Of a DNA stretch of 64,000 nucleotides, positions 27,818-37,117 are shown in pieces; positions within the stretch are counted from its first letter, which is position 1, and every line of letters begins with the position of its first letter. The stretch spans positions 12,858 to 76,857 of the forward strand of contig JAPHSS010000035.1 of the NCBI GenBank assembly GCA_026195255.1, in the 5' to 3' direction. The position numbers and the translations under genes were made by a program. The DNA comes from Gammaproteobacteria bacterium. GTDB taxonomy: Bacteria; Pseudomonadota; Gammaproteobacteria; SZUA-229. The notes beneath the pieces were generated by a model. The model did no database searches. It was not told where the DNA came from and saw only the letters and a list, made by a program, of their open reading frames with translations.

Positions 27818-29122
27818 ATGAATAATCAGGCTTCTATTGTTAGTAAAAACCATTTTGCTGTTTTATCTGTCTTTTTACTGATCCTTTCAGTTTTGATGAT
27901 ACCTACTAAAAGTCAGGCCATGCCAGCATTTGCCCGCACCTATAATATGAGTTGTACCGCCTGTCACTCTGCCTTCCCAAGGCTTAATGAATTCGGTGAG
28001 CAATTCACGAGCGATAACTTCCGTCTGCCCAACTGGAAAGATTCAACGCTAGACTCGGGTGACGATATGTTAGCTTTGCCTAGCACTATTCCACTGGGGA
28101 TTCGTGCCCAGGCATTTGTGCAGTCTCGTGAAGCAGAAACTGTAGATATTAGTACTGGTGAAAGCATTTCAGCCGATACCGATTTTCAATCACCCTACTT
28201 AATCAAACTGTTATCGAGTGCACCTTTATCTGATCACATCAGTTACTATTTTTATGCCATTTTAGCCGAGAAAGGTGATAATGGCTCAGTGATTGTCGAA
28301 GACGCATGGTTTTCTCATGATGATGTCTTTGGCACTAATATCGGTATGATGCTGGGGCAGTTCCAGGTATCAGACCTGATGTTCCCGCGCGAAACCCGCC
28401 TAACTTTTCAGGATTTCATGGTCTATCGCATGGCGGGTTTAACCTATGATCGCGGTGTGGTTTTTGACTACGCAGCAGGCCCTGTTGACCTCTCATTTGG
28501 TCTTGTTAACGGTAATGGTATTAAACAAAATCACACCATAAATAGCCCCGGTTATCAACGCCCTGATCACCTGTTTGACAATAACGATAACAAAGCTGTA
28601 TTTGGTCGGCTTGGTGGTGAAGTAGCCGGTGTTAACGTGGGTTTATTTGGTTACTCCGCCACCCAGAAAAACGCCATCGGGGTTGCCGGTATGGATAGCG
28701 GTAATCGCGACACGGATAAAATTTCTTACGGCATCGACCTGTCCGGCAAGGCAGGTAATAATACCTACTGGTTTGCACAGTTTCTGCAAAATGACTGGGA
28801 TGATTTTATAAATACCAACACCGAATACAGCTGGTTTGGCAGTTTTGTCGGTATAGATTACATCCACAGTGATCGCTGGGCTTACTCATTTCTGTACAAC
28901 TACGCCGATGCTAACGATCTGAAAAATACAGATACTGTTTACGAAGGCATCGACATTAATTCAGTAACACTTTCCGCTTCCTACTACTTTATGCGTAATG
29001 TAAAAGGTGTCATAGAACTAAACTACGACCTGTTAGATACGGTTGATCAAACCGGAACTTACTGGACGGGGCACCTTACCGGTGAGAATTATGCACTGAT
29101 TGGATTTGATGCCGGTTTTTAA
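27818..29122 (+). CDS. Fused monoheme cytochrome c - outer-membrane beta-barrel protein (Cyc2-like)
   Basis: Signal peptide ending SQA is followed immediately by MPAFARTYNMSCTACHSAFPRLNEFGEQF, which carries the only CXXCH and the only two Cys. The remaining ~390 aa show alternating-hydrophobic, Gly/Tyr/Asp/Asn-rich beta-strand character. It ends in LIGFDAGF (terminal Phe, an OMP signature). Confidence 0.55.
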   Translation: MNNQASIVSKNHFAVLSVFLLILSVLMIPTKSQAMPAFARTYNMSCTACHSAFPRLNEFGEQFTSDNFRLPNWKDSTLDSGDDMLALPSTIPLGIRAQAFVQSREAETVDISTGESISADTDFQSPYLIKLLSSAPLSDHISYYFYAILAEKGDNGSVIVEDAWFSHDDVFGTNIGMMLGQFQVSDLMFPRETRLTFQDFMVYRMAGLTYDRGVVFDYAAGPVDLSFGLVNGNGIKQNHTINSPGYQRPDHLFDNNDNKAVFGRLGGEVAGVNVGLFGYSATQKNAIGVAGMDSGNRDTDKISYGIDLSGKAGNNTYWFAQFLQNDWDDFINTNTEYSWFGSFVGIDYIHSDRWAYSFLYNYADANDLKNTDTVYEGIDINSVTLSASYYFMRNVKGVIELNYDLLDTVDQTGTYWTGHLTGENYALIGFDAGF

Positions 29123-29140
29123 AATCTGCTAAGGGGGCGC

Positions 29141-29177
29141 GACTTTCTGCTGTTTATATATACACCAGCAGAAAGTC
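29141..29177 (+). terminator. 12-bp-stem hairpin after the Cyc2-like gene
   Basis: GACTTTCTGCTG - 13-nt loop - CAGCAGAAAGTC, starting 19 nt after the stop codon. Confidence 0.5.
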
Positions 29178-29484
29178 TGACCCGGCAGTAACCACCACTC
29201 AAAATATAAAAAGAAAACTTTAATAAATTTTCTGATATTAACTATAAAATAAAATTAGTGACTGTCTTGCCGTTAATGTATTTAGCAAATAATTTAAGAT
29301 GACTATTTCAGTATTGAACTGATTTCTATTATTAATATCTCGCTAAAATTATCAAAAAAGATGACGCAAAAAAATATCAAAGAGATTATTTAACAAGCAC
29401 TTTATTTTTGCTCATTATTAAATCCCTGCGTCACCTTTAATTTTATAACTATAGTGTTGTGCAACTAAGTTATTAATTATGTAT

Positions 29485-29997
29485 TCACTTAACAGTGAAT
29501 TTTTTCCAGCCCTGATGTTCAAAGTAATCCGGATATAACTGCAGGGCCTTAACTAATTGCGGCATGCCCTGCACCGACAAAGGTTCTTTAGCTACTTTAT
29601 CTGCGCCTGTTAACAGATCACCGATCAATACATGAAGCGTGGCATCTGCGCCGGGTTCCAGCTTGCAGTTAGCGACCAGAAAGTTCACCTGATCATTAAT
29701 ATGACTGGCCAGTTGCTGGGCATCAGTTTTAGTTAGTTTGTCATGATGATAGGCAGTTACGTTTTTCATTACCGCATCATTGATACTTAACATTCCCTGA
29801 CGCAAGGGCGCATCTGTTTTCCATTTTTGGCCATGATCCAGGCTTAAACCTGAGACACCATGTTCGGCATGTGCGTCATGTCCATGACTGTGCTGATGAT
29901 CAGACATATCTGTCTCGGCCTGTAATGATCCAGCGTTAGCCAAAAATATAAAACCGCTAAACAGCACGAGGCATAATTTGTGAATCGATTTATTCAT
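29485..29997 (-). CDS. Periplasmic His-rich protein (possible metal binding)
   Basis: The start is taken at MNKSIHKLCLVLF (AGGAG upstream). Signal peptide, then DMSDHQHSHGHDAHAEHG, with the remainder predicted helical. Confidence 0.5.
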   Translation of the reverse strand: MNKSIHKLCLVLFSGFIFLANAGSLQAETDMSDHQHSHGHDAHAEHGVSGLSLDHGQKWKTDAPLRQGMLSINDAVMKNVTAYHHDKLTKTDAQQLASHINDQVNFLVANCKLEPGADATLHVLIGDLLTGADKVAKEPLSVQGMPQLVKALQLYPDYFEHQGWKKFTVK

Positions 29998-30101
29998 GGT
30001 ATTGCTCCTGTTATATTTACAATTCATTAAAATAATATTTATTCAATTGCCCGATGTGTAACATCTAGAACCTCCCGCAACTCTGCCGCAAACAGTTAAA
30101 G

Positions 30102-30539
30102 TTAATCTGCTTCATGTATAAAAATGGCTGTTTTATTAAAACGTAAAAAATACCACTTTGCAAAAACAGCAATCACAATCCATACAACAGAGCGTAACGA
30201 CATGGCAATAACGGTACGCATTTCATATTCACCGCCATTAACGATGTGCAGGCCAAAAGCAGCAAAAACAATCAGTGTCGACATCGCCAGTAAAAAGGAT
30301 AATTGGGCCGACCAGGGTCGCATTTTCCACAGGCCAATGGCGGCGATAATATAAACAAAACCGGCAGAAAAGTTAAACCACAATACGAAAGGTACGTAGT
30401 GACCGGCTGCCAGTCTGGCTTCGCCATCAATAAACAATACTTCACCACCAGATTTAATGGTTAATAACCCAAACGCAGCTGCCAGTAATGAGAAAATCCA
30501 GATACCGATATTACGCTGTGATGTATTTGACGTAGCCAT
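30102..30539 (-). CDS. Four-TM membrane protein, unknown function
   Basis: 145-aa ORF with four hydrophobic segments. No motif recognised. Confidence 0.45.
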   Translation of the reverse strand: MATSNTSQRNIGIWIFSLLAAAFGLLTIKSGGEVLFIDGEARLAAGHYVPFVLWFNFSAGFVYIIAAIGLWKMRPWSAQLSFLLAMSTLIVFAAFGLHIVNGGEYEMRTVIAMSLRSVVWIVIAVFAKWYFLRFNKTAIFIHEAD

Positions 30540-30600
30540 GTATAACTCCTCGTGTCATTAACTTTAAAAATAAAACAGTCATGTTGATGCAAAACTCATA

Positions 30601-30966
30601 TTAAAAGGGTAAGCCAAAAAGTAATACCACCAGCGATATTACGGCAAACGCAGCATGAACAAATATAATCGGCCAGGGTAATATGCCTTTCCTTCTGATA
30701 ATAAAATACAGTAATACTCCAGCCATAGCGGTAAACACAAATAACCCAAGCGCGGGTTCTACTGACAGCTTAAATTCTCTACCCATTAATATCATTAGCA
30801 GCAAAAGCAGAATGCCCACAACCCCTAAACTTCCGTGTAACAGGCCCGTATCAATTGATGTATTTGTATCAGTAAAACGTACAAACGCAGTAAACACGCC
30901 ACCAATAATGGCGCCGGCGAATAACATCAATACCAGTATAAGCGGCCAGTTTTCTGTCAATAACAT
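30601..30966 (-). CDS. Small four-TM membrane protein, paralogue of 44210-44557
   Basis: 121 aa. It aligns by eye with the 115-aa protein at 44210-44557 (LLHGSLGVVG vs LTHAALAICG; RRKGILPWPIIFVHAAFAV vs HEKGKAPSMPIVVLHAIMGS). Confidence 0.5.
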   Translation of the reverse strand: MLLTENWPLILVLMLFAGAIIGGVFTAFVRFTDTNTSIDTGLLHGSLGVVGILLLLLMILMGREFKLSVEPALGLFVFTAMAGVLLYFIIRRKGILPWPIIFVHAAFAVISLVVLLFGLPF

Positions 30967-31053
30967 GTTTTCATATCTTCAAAAACAGATCACACCAGTG
31001 TTAATTGTATTCCTCTTGCTTGAACGGTAAAACAGGGTATATTCGAACACAAT

Positions 31054-31069
31054 GTTCCATATATGGAAC
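31054..31069. promoter_or_regulatory. Perfect 16-bp palindrome in LysR divergent region
   Basis: GTTCCATATATGGAAC, 16 nt upstream of the LysR ATG (31085) and 88 nt from the divergent membrane-protein gene start. Confidence 0.4.
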
Positions 31070-31084
31070 GATAATGGATTTAAG

Positions 31085-32008
31085 ATGGACTTAAATGATT
31101 GGTTAATATTCGCTCAGATCGTTGAAGCAGGTGGACTAAGCGCTGCCAGCCGCCTGCTGGACGTTCCAAAATCAACGTTGAGTCGTCGACTGACAAAACT
31201 CGAAGACGATTTCGGTTCACGCCTTGTAATCCGCCGTGGACGCACCTTTGAATTAACCGAGTCTGGACATTTATTTTATCAGGAGGCTCGCCGCCTGACT
31301 GAGCACGTGGCTAATTCCACCGAACGTTTATCGGAGGGTACGCAGCAGGAAGGTGGCACACTGCGAATGACTGCACCAAAAGCCCCCGGGGGCTATTTTC
31401 TGGGTATCTGGCTGGCGGAATTTATTCAGCAATATCCACATATCCATATCGAGCTAGATCTGACTGATCGCACAGTCAATTTGTATGAACAGGGTTATGA
31501 CCTCGCGCTTCGTGTTGGGCCAATGATTGACTCTTCTCTTATCGCTCGCAAACTCGGAGAAAGTGAGCGTATTTTAGTGGCATCACCAGACTATCTAAAA
31601 CTCTACGGTTATCCAGAATCACCTGAGGAGTTAAGCAGGCATAAATGTATTAGTTTCGGTGAGCATCGAAGTGGACAAAGCTCATGGGTGCTTTCTAATA
31701 ACAGGCAGTCACAGCGTTTCAACTTTCACTCCGCATTACGCTGTGATGATATGGCGACCAATAAACGACTGGTGCAATCAGGTGCCGGTATTACGATGAT
31801 TCCTTTTTTTGTCTGTAAAGCATCTCTGGCATCAGGAAGTTTGCAACACATACTCACTCAATGGCTTGGCCCTACTCCCGAATTTTATCTGGTTTACACT
31901 GAAAGAGAACTTATGCCAAATCGTTTACGTTTGTTAATCGAGTTTCTTACAGAGCGCTCGCAGACTGAAAAATGGCGACTCTCGATGATGAGCGCTAAAG
32001 AAAAGTAG
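31085..32008 (+). CDS. LysR family transcriptional regulator
   Basis: MDLNDWLIFAQIVEAGGLSAASRLLDVPKSTLSRRLTKLEDDFGSRLVIR is a LysR HTH, followed by a substrate-binding domain. Confidence 0.85.
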   Translation: MDLNDWLIFAQIVEAGGLSAASRLLDVPKSTLSRRLTKLEDDFGSRLVIRRGRTFELTESGHLFYQEARRLTEHVANSTERLSEGTQQEGGTLRMTAPKAPGGYFLGIWLAEFIQQYPHIHIELDLTDRTVNLYEQGYDLALRVGPMIDSSLIARKLGESERILVASPDYLKLYGYPESPEELSRHKCISFGEHRSGQSSWVLSNNRQSQRFNFHSALRCDDMATNKRLVQSGAGITMIPFFVCKASLASGSLQHILTQWLGPTPEFYLVYTERELMPNRLRLLIEFLTERSQTEKWRLSMMSAKEK

Positions 32009-32389
32009 ATTTTGTAGAAATTATATTTTTAAATTTCACTGCACAATTATAAGCGTTAACGACAGCTTAGCAGATATAAAAATGATAAAACTTTCTAAAA
32101 CCTGAATTACCATCGTTATTATTACAGTTAACTAAACCCAGGGATATTGTTTTAACGCTAGAAAAGATTTAACTGTTCGTGTAAAAAACTAAGCTGAAAA
32201 AAAAAGAACTTCTGCAATAAAAAATATAAATAATATTCGTGGTAATTATATCTATATTTGTATAACAGGAATTTTTCCAACTGTTTTTGCCGATCTTTTT
32301 CCTACAGTTTTTTTTAATCTATTTAATTATATGAAAATATGAAAACAGAGATAGTGCAGTTTTCTGAGACGTAAACAAAAATATATAAA

Positions 32390-32833
32390 TCAGCTGTGCA
32401 CTATATTCCATTGCAGTAATTGTTTGAGTTGCTCCGGTTTCTGATTTAGATCGGCGATTGTATATTGATCAAGCACATCCAGAAAAGCCTGGGTGGCTAA
32501 ATTCAATATAGACTTTAACTTACATCCGGACTGGATTGGGCAAGGCGAAGGCATCTGACAATTAACAATATCAAGGTTTGCTTCCATCTGTCGCACTACA
32601 CTGCCAATGACGATTTGACTGGCGGGTTTAGCAATTCGAATACCACCGTTTTTGCCTCGTGTTGTATGAATATATTTCAATACACCGAGTTTATGTACAA
32701 CCTTAACCAGATGATTGCGTGGTATCGAAAAGTGTTCTGCAATATCTGTAATGGTGATGCGCTGCTCATCATCCTGCAACGACAGAAAGATGAGCACGCG
32801 CAAACTATAGTCAGTATAGTGAGTCAATTGCAT
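32390..32833 (-). CDS. nsrR: Rrf2 family NO-sensing repressor NsrR
   Basis: MQLTHYTDYSLRVLIFLS...ITDIAEHFSIPRNHLVKVVHKLG, plus three Cys spaced C-x5-C-x5-C (CQMPSPCPIQSGC). Confidence 0.75.
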   Translation of the reverse strand: MQLTHYTDYSLRVLIFLSLQDDEQRITITDIAEHFSIPRNHLVKVVHKLGVLKYIHTTRGKNGGIRIAKPASQIVIGSVVRQMEANLDIVNCQMPSPCPIQSGCKLKSILNLATQAFLDVLDQYTIADLNQKPEQLKQLLQWNIVHS

Positions 32834-32873
32834 ATAGAACTACAACCTGAATTACATATTGGGTTGTATCCTA

Positions 32874-33851
32874 TTATACATCATTGGCACTGACAAATGG
32901 GTCGGAGTAGATATTAGTCATGCTAGCCCCCGCAATAAATAAATTTCTCTTCATCGTATTCACTATGGGTGCATCACCACAAAGATAAAAACGCCAGTCA
33001 GCCGGTTCAGCTGCAACTTCACTGATTTGTTGCATGAGCGGATTTTTACTGATGGGGGGCGTTATGTTTTCAGCTTGCAGAACATTAGCGTGATAATGAA
33101 ACTGTGGGTGCTCCTGTGCCATATTCATCAGGGTATCGTGCAAGTACAGATCATCGATTTGACGTGCCCCATGAAGAAGGTGAATATCACCCTCATGACC
33201 TTGGCGCAGCGCATCGCGAGCAATACCTATTAGTGGCGCCAGGCCGGTTCCTGTTCCGGCAAGCAGCATGTTCTGTTCGGGTGAACCTGGAAGATAAAAA
33301 CAGTTCCCAGTCGCTGCCTGAATATCCACTGTGTCGCCAACTTTAATCTCATCGTGCAACCAGTTACTGATAACGCCATCCGGAATACGTCGAATGTGTA
33401 AAGCAATCGAATCATCCAGCTCAACTACGCTAGCCAACGAGTAATTACGCCCAAGCACACTATCCTTCCACAGCGTAATATACTGGCCAGCCCGATAGTC
33501 GAAAGCCTCGCTGGGTTTAAGGCGTAAATGTAAAACACCCTCGGCAAATAGTTCATGCTCAATTACAGTAGCCGGACTTCGCAGCATATTAACATCCACT
33601 GTACGCACATGCAGTGGCTCCTGCGGCATACAACTACAGGCCAGAAAATAACCCTGTGCCTTAAGGGTATCCTTCAGACCTTCCTGAGCTTTCGCCGGAA
33701 CATTACCTTCCAGTGCCTGCATCATACAGGTCTGACAAACACCGGCACGGCAACTATTAGGGATCTGATGACCTTGCTCGAGCAGAGCAGACAGTACCGT
33801 CTGCTGCTCCTCAAGGTCGATATGTTTATCATTGAATATTATGTGTGTCAT
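32874..33851 (-). CDS. 2Fe-2S ferredoxin :: FAD/NAD(P)-binding oxidoreductase (FNR-like reductase)
   Basis: N-terminal plant-type ferredoxin Cys pattern CRAGVCQTCMM...LACSC. This is followed by RAGQYITL (FAD-binding, RxYS-like with NYSLAS) and LLAGTGTGLAPL (NAD-binding). Confidence 0.75.
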   Translation of the reverse strand: MTHIIFNDKHIDLEEQQTVLSALLEQGHQIPNSCRAGVCQTCMMQALEGNVPAKAQEGLKDTLKAQGYFLACSCMPQEPLHVRTVDVNMLRSPATVIEHELFAEGVLHLRLKPSEAFDYRAGQYITLWKDSVLGRNYSLASVVELDDSIALHIRRIPDGVISNWLHDEIKVGDTVDIQAATGNCFYLPGSPEQNMLLAGTGTGLAPLIGIARDALRQGHEGDIHLLHGARQIDDLYLHDTLMNMAQEHPQFHYHANVLQAENITPPISKNPLMQQISEVAAEPADWRFYLCGDAPIVNTMKRNLFIAGASMTNIYSDPFVSANDV

Positions 33852-33857
33852 ATCATC

Positions 33858-34223
33858 TTACCGATTTAAAATGTCGTCACGTACACTATTGGCAATGTCC
33901 GCAACCGATTGAATATCTTCAGTAGCTACTTCGAGCTCCTGCAACGTATTGCCAAGTAACTCAATAACCGCATCCACGTGACTGTCATTAAGACCCCGGG
34001 CAACCAGGTGTTTATGTCCGTCTCGCATGTCTTTGCTGGTGTAATTATTAGGTCCACCGAAAGCCATGGTCAAAAAACCTTTCTGTTTATTAACCTGTTG
34101 CTCCATATCGACACCGTCAAAGAACCCATTGATGCGATCGTCAGACAGTACCTTGCGATAAAAAATTTCCACCGCAGTATCCACAGCAACCTGCCCGCCA
34201 ATCCGATCAAATAAACTACTCAT
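33858..34223 (-). CDS. glbN: Group I truncated haemoglobin (trHbN)
   Basis: 121 aa. SLFDRIGGQVAVDTAVEIFYRKVLSDDRINGFF...QKGFLTMAFGGPNNYTSKDMRDGHKHL is the typical 2-on-2 globin group I pattern. Confidence 0.8.
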   Translation of the reverse strand: MSSLFDRIGGQVAVDTAVEIFYRKVLSDDRINGFFDGVDMEQQVNKQKGFLTMAFGGPNNYTSKDMRDGHKHLVARGLNDSHVDAVIELLGNTLQELEVATEDIQSVADIANSVRDDILNR

Positions 34224-34279
34224 GCTTTTTTCTCCTAAAGATGTATACTATATGTATTAAATGAAGCGCTAATATACCA

Positions 34280-34302
34280 AAGATGTATATTTAATACACC
34301 TT
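34280..34302. promoter_or_regulatory. NsrR-like 11-1-11 inverted repeat
   Basis: AAGATGTATAT-T-TAATACACCTT lies 57-79 nt upstream of the glbN ATG. A second half-site, AAGATGTATAC, is at 34239-34249. It resembles the enterobacterial NsrR box AAGATGCATTT-N-AAATGCATCTT. Confidence 0.55.
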
Positions 34303-34755
34303 TTAATTTGAATTAATTCAGGAGAGCAAATGATGGGGTTGTAGTAAGCACATTAACAAACAATGTAATTAGATATGTGTACGACGTTTTCTGGCAATTT
34401 ACTCTGCGACAATGATCCAGCGGAAAAGCGGCTAACGAACATGTGGGTATTGTGTGAAATGTCGGGTGAAATGTCGGGTGACATGCCAGGTATATTTATG
34501 CTTAAACTAATCAGTTATCAATTTACCGGTGACAGTGATGCAGCACTAATCAGGCTTTCAATGGATGCTGCTGATGTTTTGCTGTTCGCAACTACACATG
34601 GAAAAATATTCCAGCCTTTGCGTTGGGGACACGAATATCTTGTGGAGTGAGAGCGCTATACATTTTCCAGGAGAAACAGTTATATACCGACAGGAGTACA
34701 TCATCCATACTAATTATATTAAACCAGTGTCAATATTGGCTAGTAGGACTCTTAA

Positions 34756-34998
34756 CTATTGCATACTCTGAAAATGCGGATCAGTTGCCAGGCGCTTATC
34801 TATTTCATGTTCAGCTTCATACCAGTCCTGTTTCTGCTTGTCACCTTGAAAACAGCGATGTTCCGCACGATAGTAGGCTGCATCTGAGATCATTTGCAGT
34901 CGCTCTTCTGCTGTGATGTGTTTCACCACAAACCGACTTAAAATCACCTTGCCCATATTGGATTGATCAGCACTTTGCAGAGTTTTTGCAACTTTCAT
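34756..34998 (-). CDS. DUF2934-like small protein
   Basis: 80 aa. ISDAAYYRAEHRCFQGDKQKQDWYEAEHEI matches the DUF2934 pattern (AYxxAExRGFxxGxxxxDWxxAE). Confidence 0.6.
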   Translation of the reverse strand: MKVAKTLQSADQSNMGKVILSRFVVKHITAEERLQMISDAAYYRAEHRCFQGDKQKQDWYEAEHEIDKRLATDPHFQSMQ

Positions 34999-35201
34999 CT
35001 TGTTTTCTCCTGACTAAATAATATTAAATAAATTTTATATTCGAAGTTTCTCTCTACACAAATTCAGGTTTCATAATTGAACCTTAGTTAATATGATGCT
35101 CCGTCACTCTGAAAAACTCATAGAGCCTCGTTCAAACCAGTAAACATTACTCCGATACGTAAAACACGCTTCAATAACCCGGTGTTAGTATTATTTATTT
35201 C

Positions 35202-36227
35202 TTAGCTAGATTCAGATTCCATAAGCGGGTTATATTTACCATAACGCGCAGCACCGTTAAACCTGGCACGCTGAAACAAAGCTGATTGTGTGCTGGCAGC
35301 ATTGCCCATATCCCCTCTCCATGCCTGTAATGCAGGTTCCTGTAAAGCGCGGCCATAGGAAAAAGTTAATTCCCAGGGTTGTGGGCTCAGCTGGTTCATT
35401 GCATTAAGATTTTCTGTAGCTTCTTCAGGAGACAGACCGCCGGAAAGGAAATTAATACTGGGCACAGCTGCCGGTACGGTACGCCGCAATACTTTAACAG
35501 TTTGTATTGCGACTTCTTCTGCACTGGATTTTTGTGAATGCTGTTTACCCGGCACCATCATGTTGGGTTTCAACAATATATGTTCCAGTACCACATGATG
35601 CCTGTGCAGCGCATGAAACACTTCATGAAAAACCGCTTCGCTAACTTCTGCGCAGCGTTGCAGGCTGTGGTCACCATCAATCAACACTTCGGGTTCAACT
35701 ATGGGAACAATACCCTGTGCCTGACAAATCGCCGCATAACTGGCCAGCACTTCCGCATTGGCCTCAATAGCAAGCTGGCTCGGCGTGGTTTTAGTGATGT
35801 GATAAACATTGCGCCATTTTGCAAAACGCGCCCCCTGTTCTTTGTATCCTGTTAAACGCTGTTCCAGCCCATCCAGGCCCCGGGTGATTTCATCACCTGG
35901 TGCGCCGCTCAGTGCAAGTTTGCCTTTATCAACTTTTATACCCGGAACAATACCTTGCTGTGCACACAGTTCTGGCAGCATGATGCCGTCATCGCTACGC
36001 TGCCCCAGAGTCTCCTCAAACAATATAACACCGCTAATGTATTCACCGAGCCCTGGCGTTGACAGAATCATACTTCGGTAAGCACGTCGATTTTCCTCGG
36101 TCGATTCAACATCTATGGCCTGAAAACGTTTGGCAATGGTCGGGCTACTCTCATCTGCAGCTAGTATACCTTTACCCTTTTGCACCAGGGCAGTGATGGT
36201 GTCTTGAAGTTCGTCATGGATACTCAT
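35202..36227 (-). CDS. Fructose-bisphosphate aldolase, class I (Schiff-base type)
   Basis: GILAADESSPTIAKRF, IVPIVEPEVLIDGDH, LLKPNMMVPG, FLSGGLSPEEAT and FSYGRALQ. The start is taken at MSIHDEL. Confidence 0.85.
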   Translation of the reverse strand: MSIHDELQDTITALVQKGKGILAADESSPTIAKRFQAIDVESTEENRRAYRSMILSTPGLGEYISGVILFEETLGQRSDDGIMLPELCAQQGIVPGIKVDKGKLALSGAPGDEITRGLDGLEQRLTGYKEQGARFAKWRNVYHITKTTPSQLAIEANAEVLASYAAICQAQGIVPIVEPEVLIDGDHSLQRCAEVSEAVFHEVFHALHRHHVVLEHILLKPNMMVPGKQHSQKSSAEEVAIQTVKVLRRTVPAAVPSINFLSGGLSPEEATENLNAMNQLSPQPWELTFSYGRALQEPALQAWRGDMGNAASTQSALFQRARFNGAARYGKYNPLMESESS

Positions 36228-36637
36228 AATGCGGCTCACTATAAAATTTATATTTCTAATTCGTGTCACTTATACCCTGTATACAAAAAAATGTAACTAG
36301 TAATAATACGTACTCTTATACTGAACAGGTTTACAGGGCAAGACAGCGCATAAGAGATGTGCAATATCCTTGTGTAACTCGGTAAATAAAAATAACATGA
36401 CACACGATGAATGATATGGACACTTAAATACGCAGATGTAATATTAGCTCATGTATGGACATAGGACTTGTTTTCAGTTGCATAATTATACAATCCCACA
36501 CGGCTCGTTAATTAGCCAGAACCAAATATTTACCCAGGCACCTTATGTGAGAAATGGAGAACTCCAGTCATCAATTTACTGAAATACTGACGGTATAAGC
36601 TAGCATATTGAGTTTCAAACAAACTGGGGAGATACTC

Positions 36638-37048
36638 ATGAAACGAGATAAAAACCTTAGAGACCTATCGTCAGATCACCATCACGCCCTCAGGTTAACG
36701 CGCAAAATCAATCACGCTATTCGCGACAATGATAATATTTCTGTATTAATTAAACAGGTTAGAGAGATCTTCGATAACGAGCTTTCCGTACACTTTGACC
36801 TTGAAGAGAAATCTATACTTCCCGAACTGGAGAAGATCGGTGAGCATAAGCTGGTAAAAAGAACACTGGACGATCACCTCAAACTACGCCAGTTGGTCGA
36901 TAAACTGGAGGAACCCGGAAACCTTCTTATGTTTTCTAAAATTTTAAAGGAGCATGTTAAATTCGAGGAACAGGAATTATTCGAAGCCTGCCAGAACAAA
37001 CTTGAGCCTGAGGTAATGGAGAGTATCGGTCGGATATGTAATCGCTAA
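36638..37048 (+). CDS. Hemerythrin (HHE cation-binding) domain protein
   Basis: 136 aa from the ATG preceded by GGGGAG. Contains LSSDHHHALRL, HFDLEEKSILPEL and HVKFEEQELFEA. Confidence 0.65.
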   Translation: MKRDKNLRDLSSDHHHALRLTRKINHAIRDNDNISVLIKQVREIFDNELSVHFDLEEKSILPELEKIGEHKLVKRTLDDHLKLRQLVDKLEEPGNLLMFSKILKEHVKFEEQELFEACQNKLEPEVMESIGRICNR

Positions 37049-37117
37049 ACAATTTATAACTGCTTCTTTACTAAGCAATTGAAAATAACTCAGCCCTGTC
37101 GTTTAAAGCGCACACCT

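Noticed and set aside
34375-34916. Three overlapping plus-strand ORFs (91, 68 and 97 aa) and a short tandem repeat, GTGAAATGTCGG x2 (34455-34478) followed by a variant GTGACATGCCAGG (34479-34491), between the glbN promoter and the DUF2934 gene.
   Set aside because: They have no ribosome-binding sites or recognisable motifs and their frames are mutually overlapping. The last overlaps the DUF2934 gene antisense. This may be decayed sequence, but I cannot support a gene or pseudogene call.
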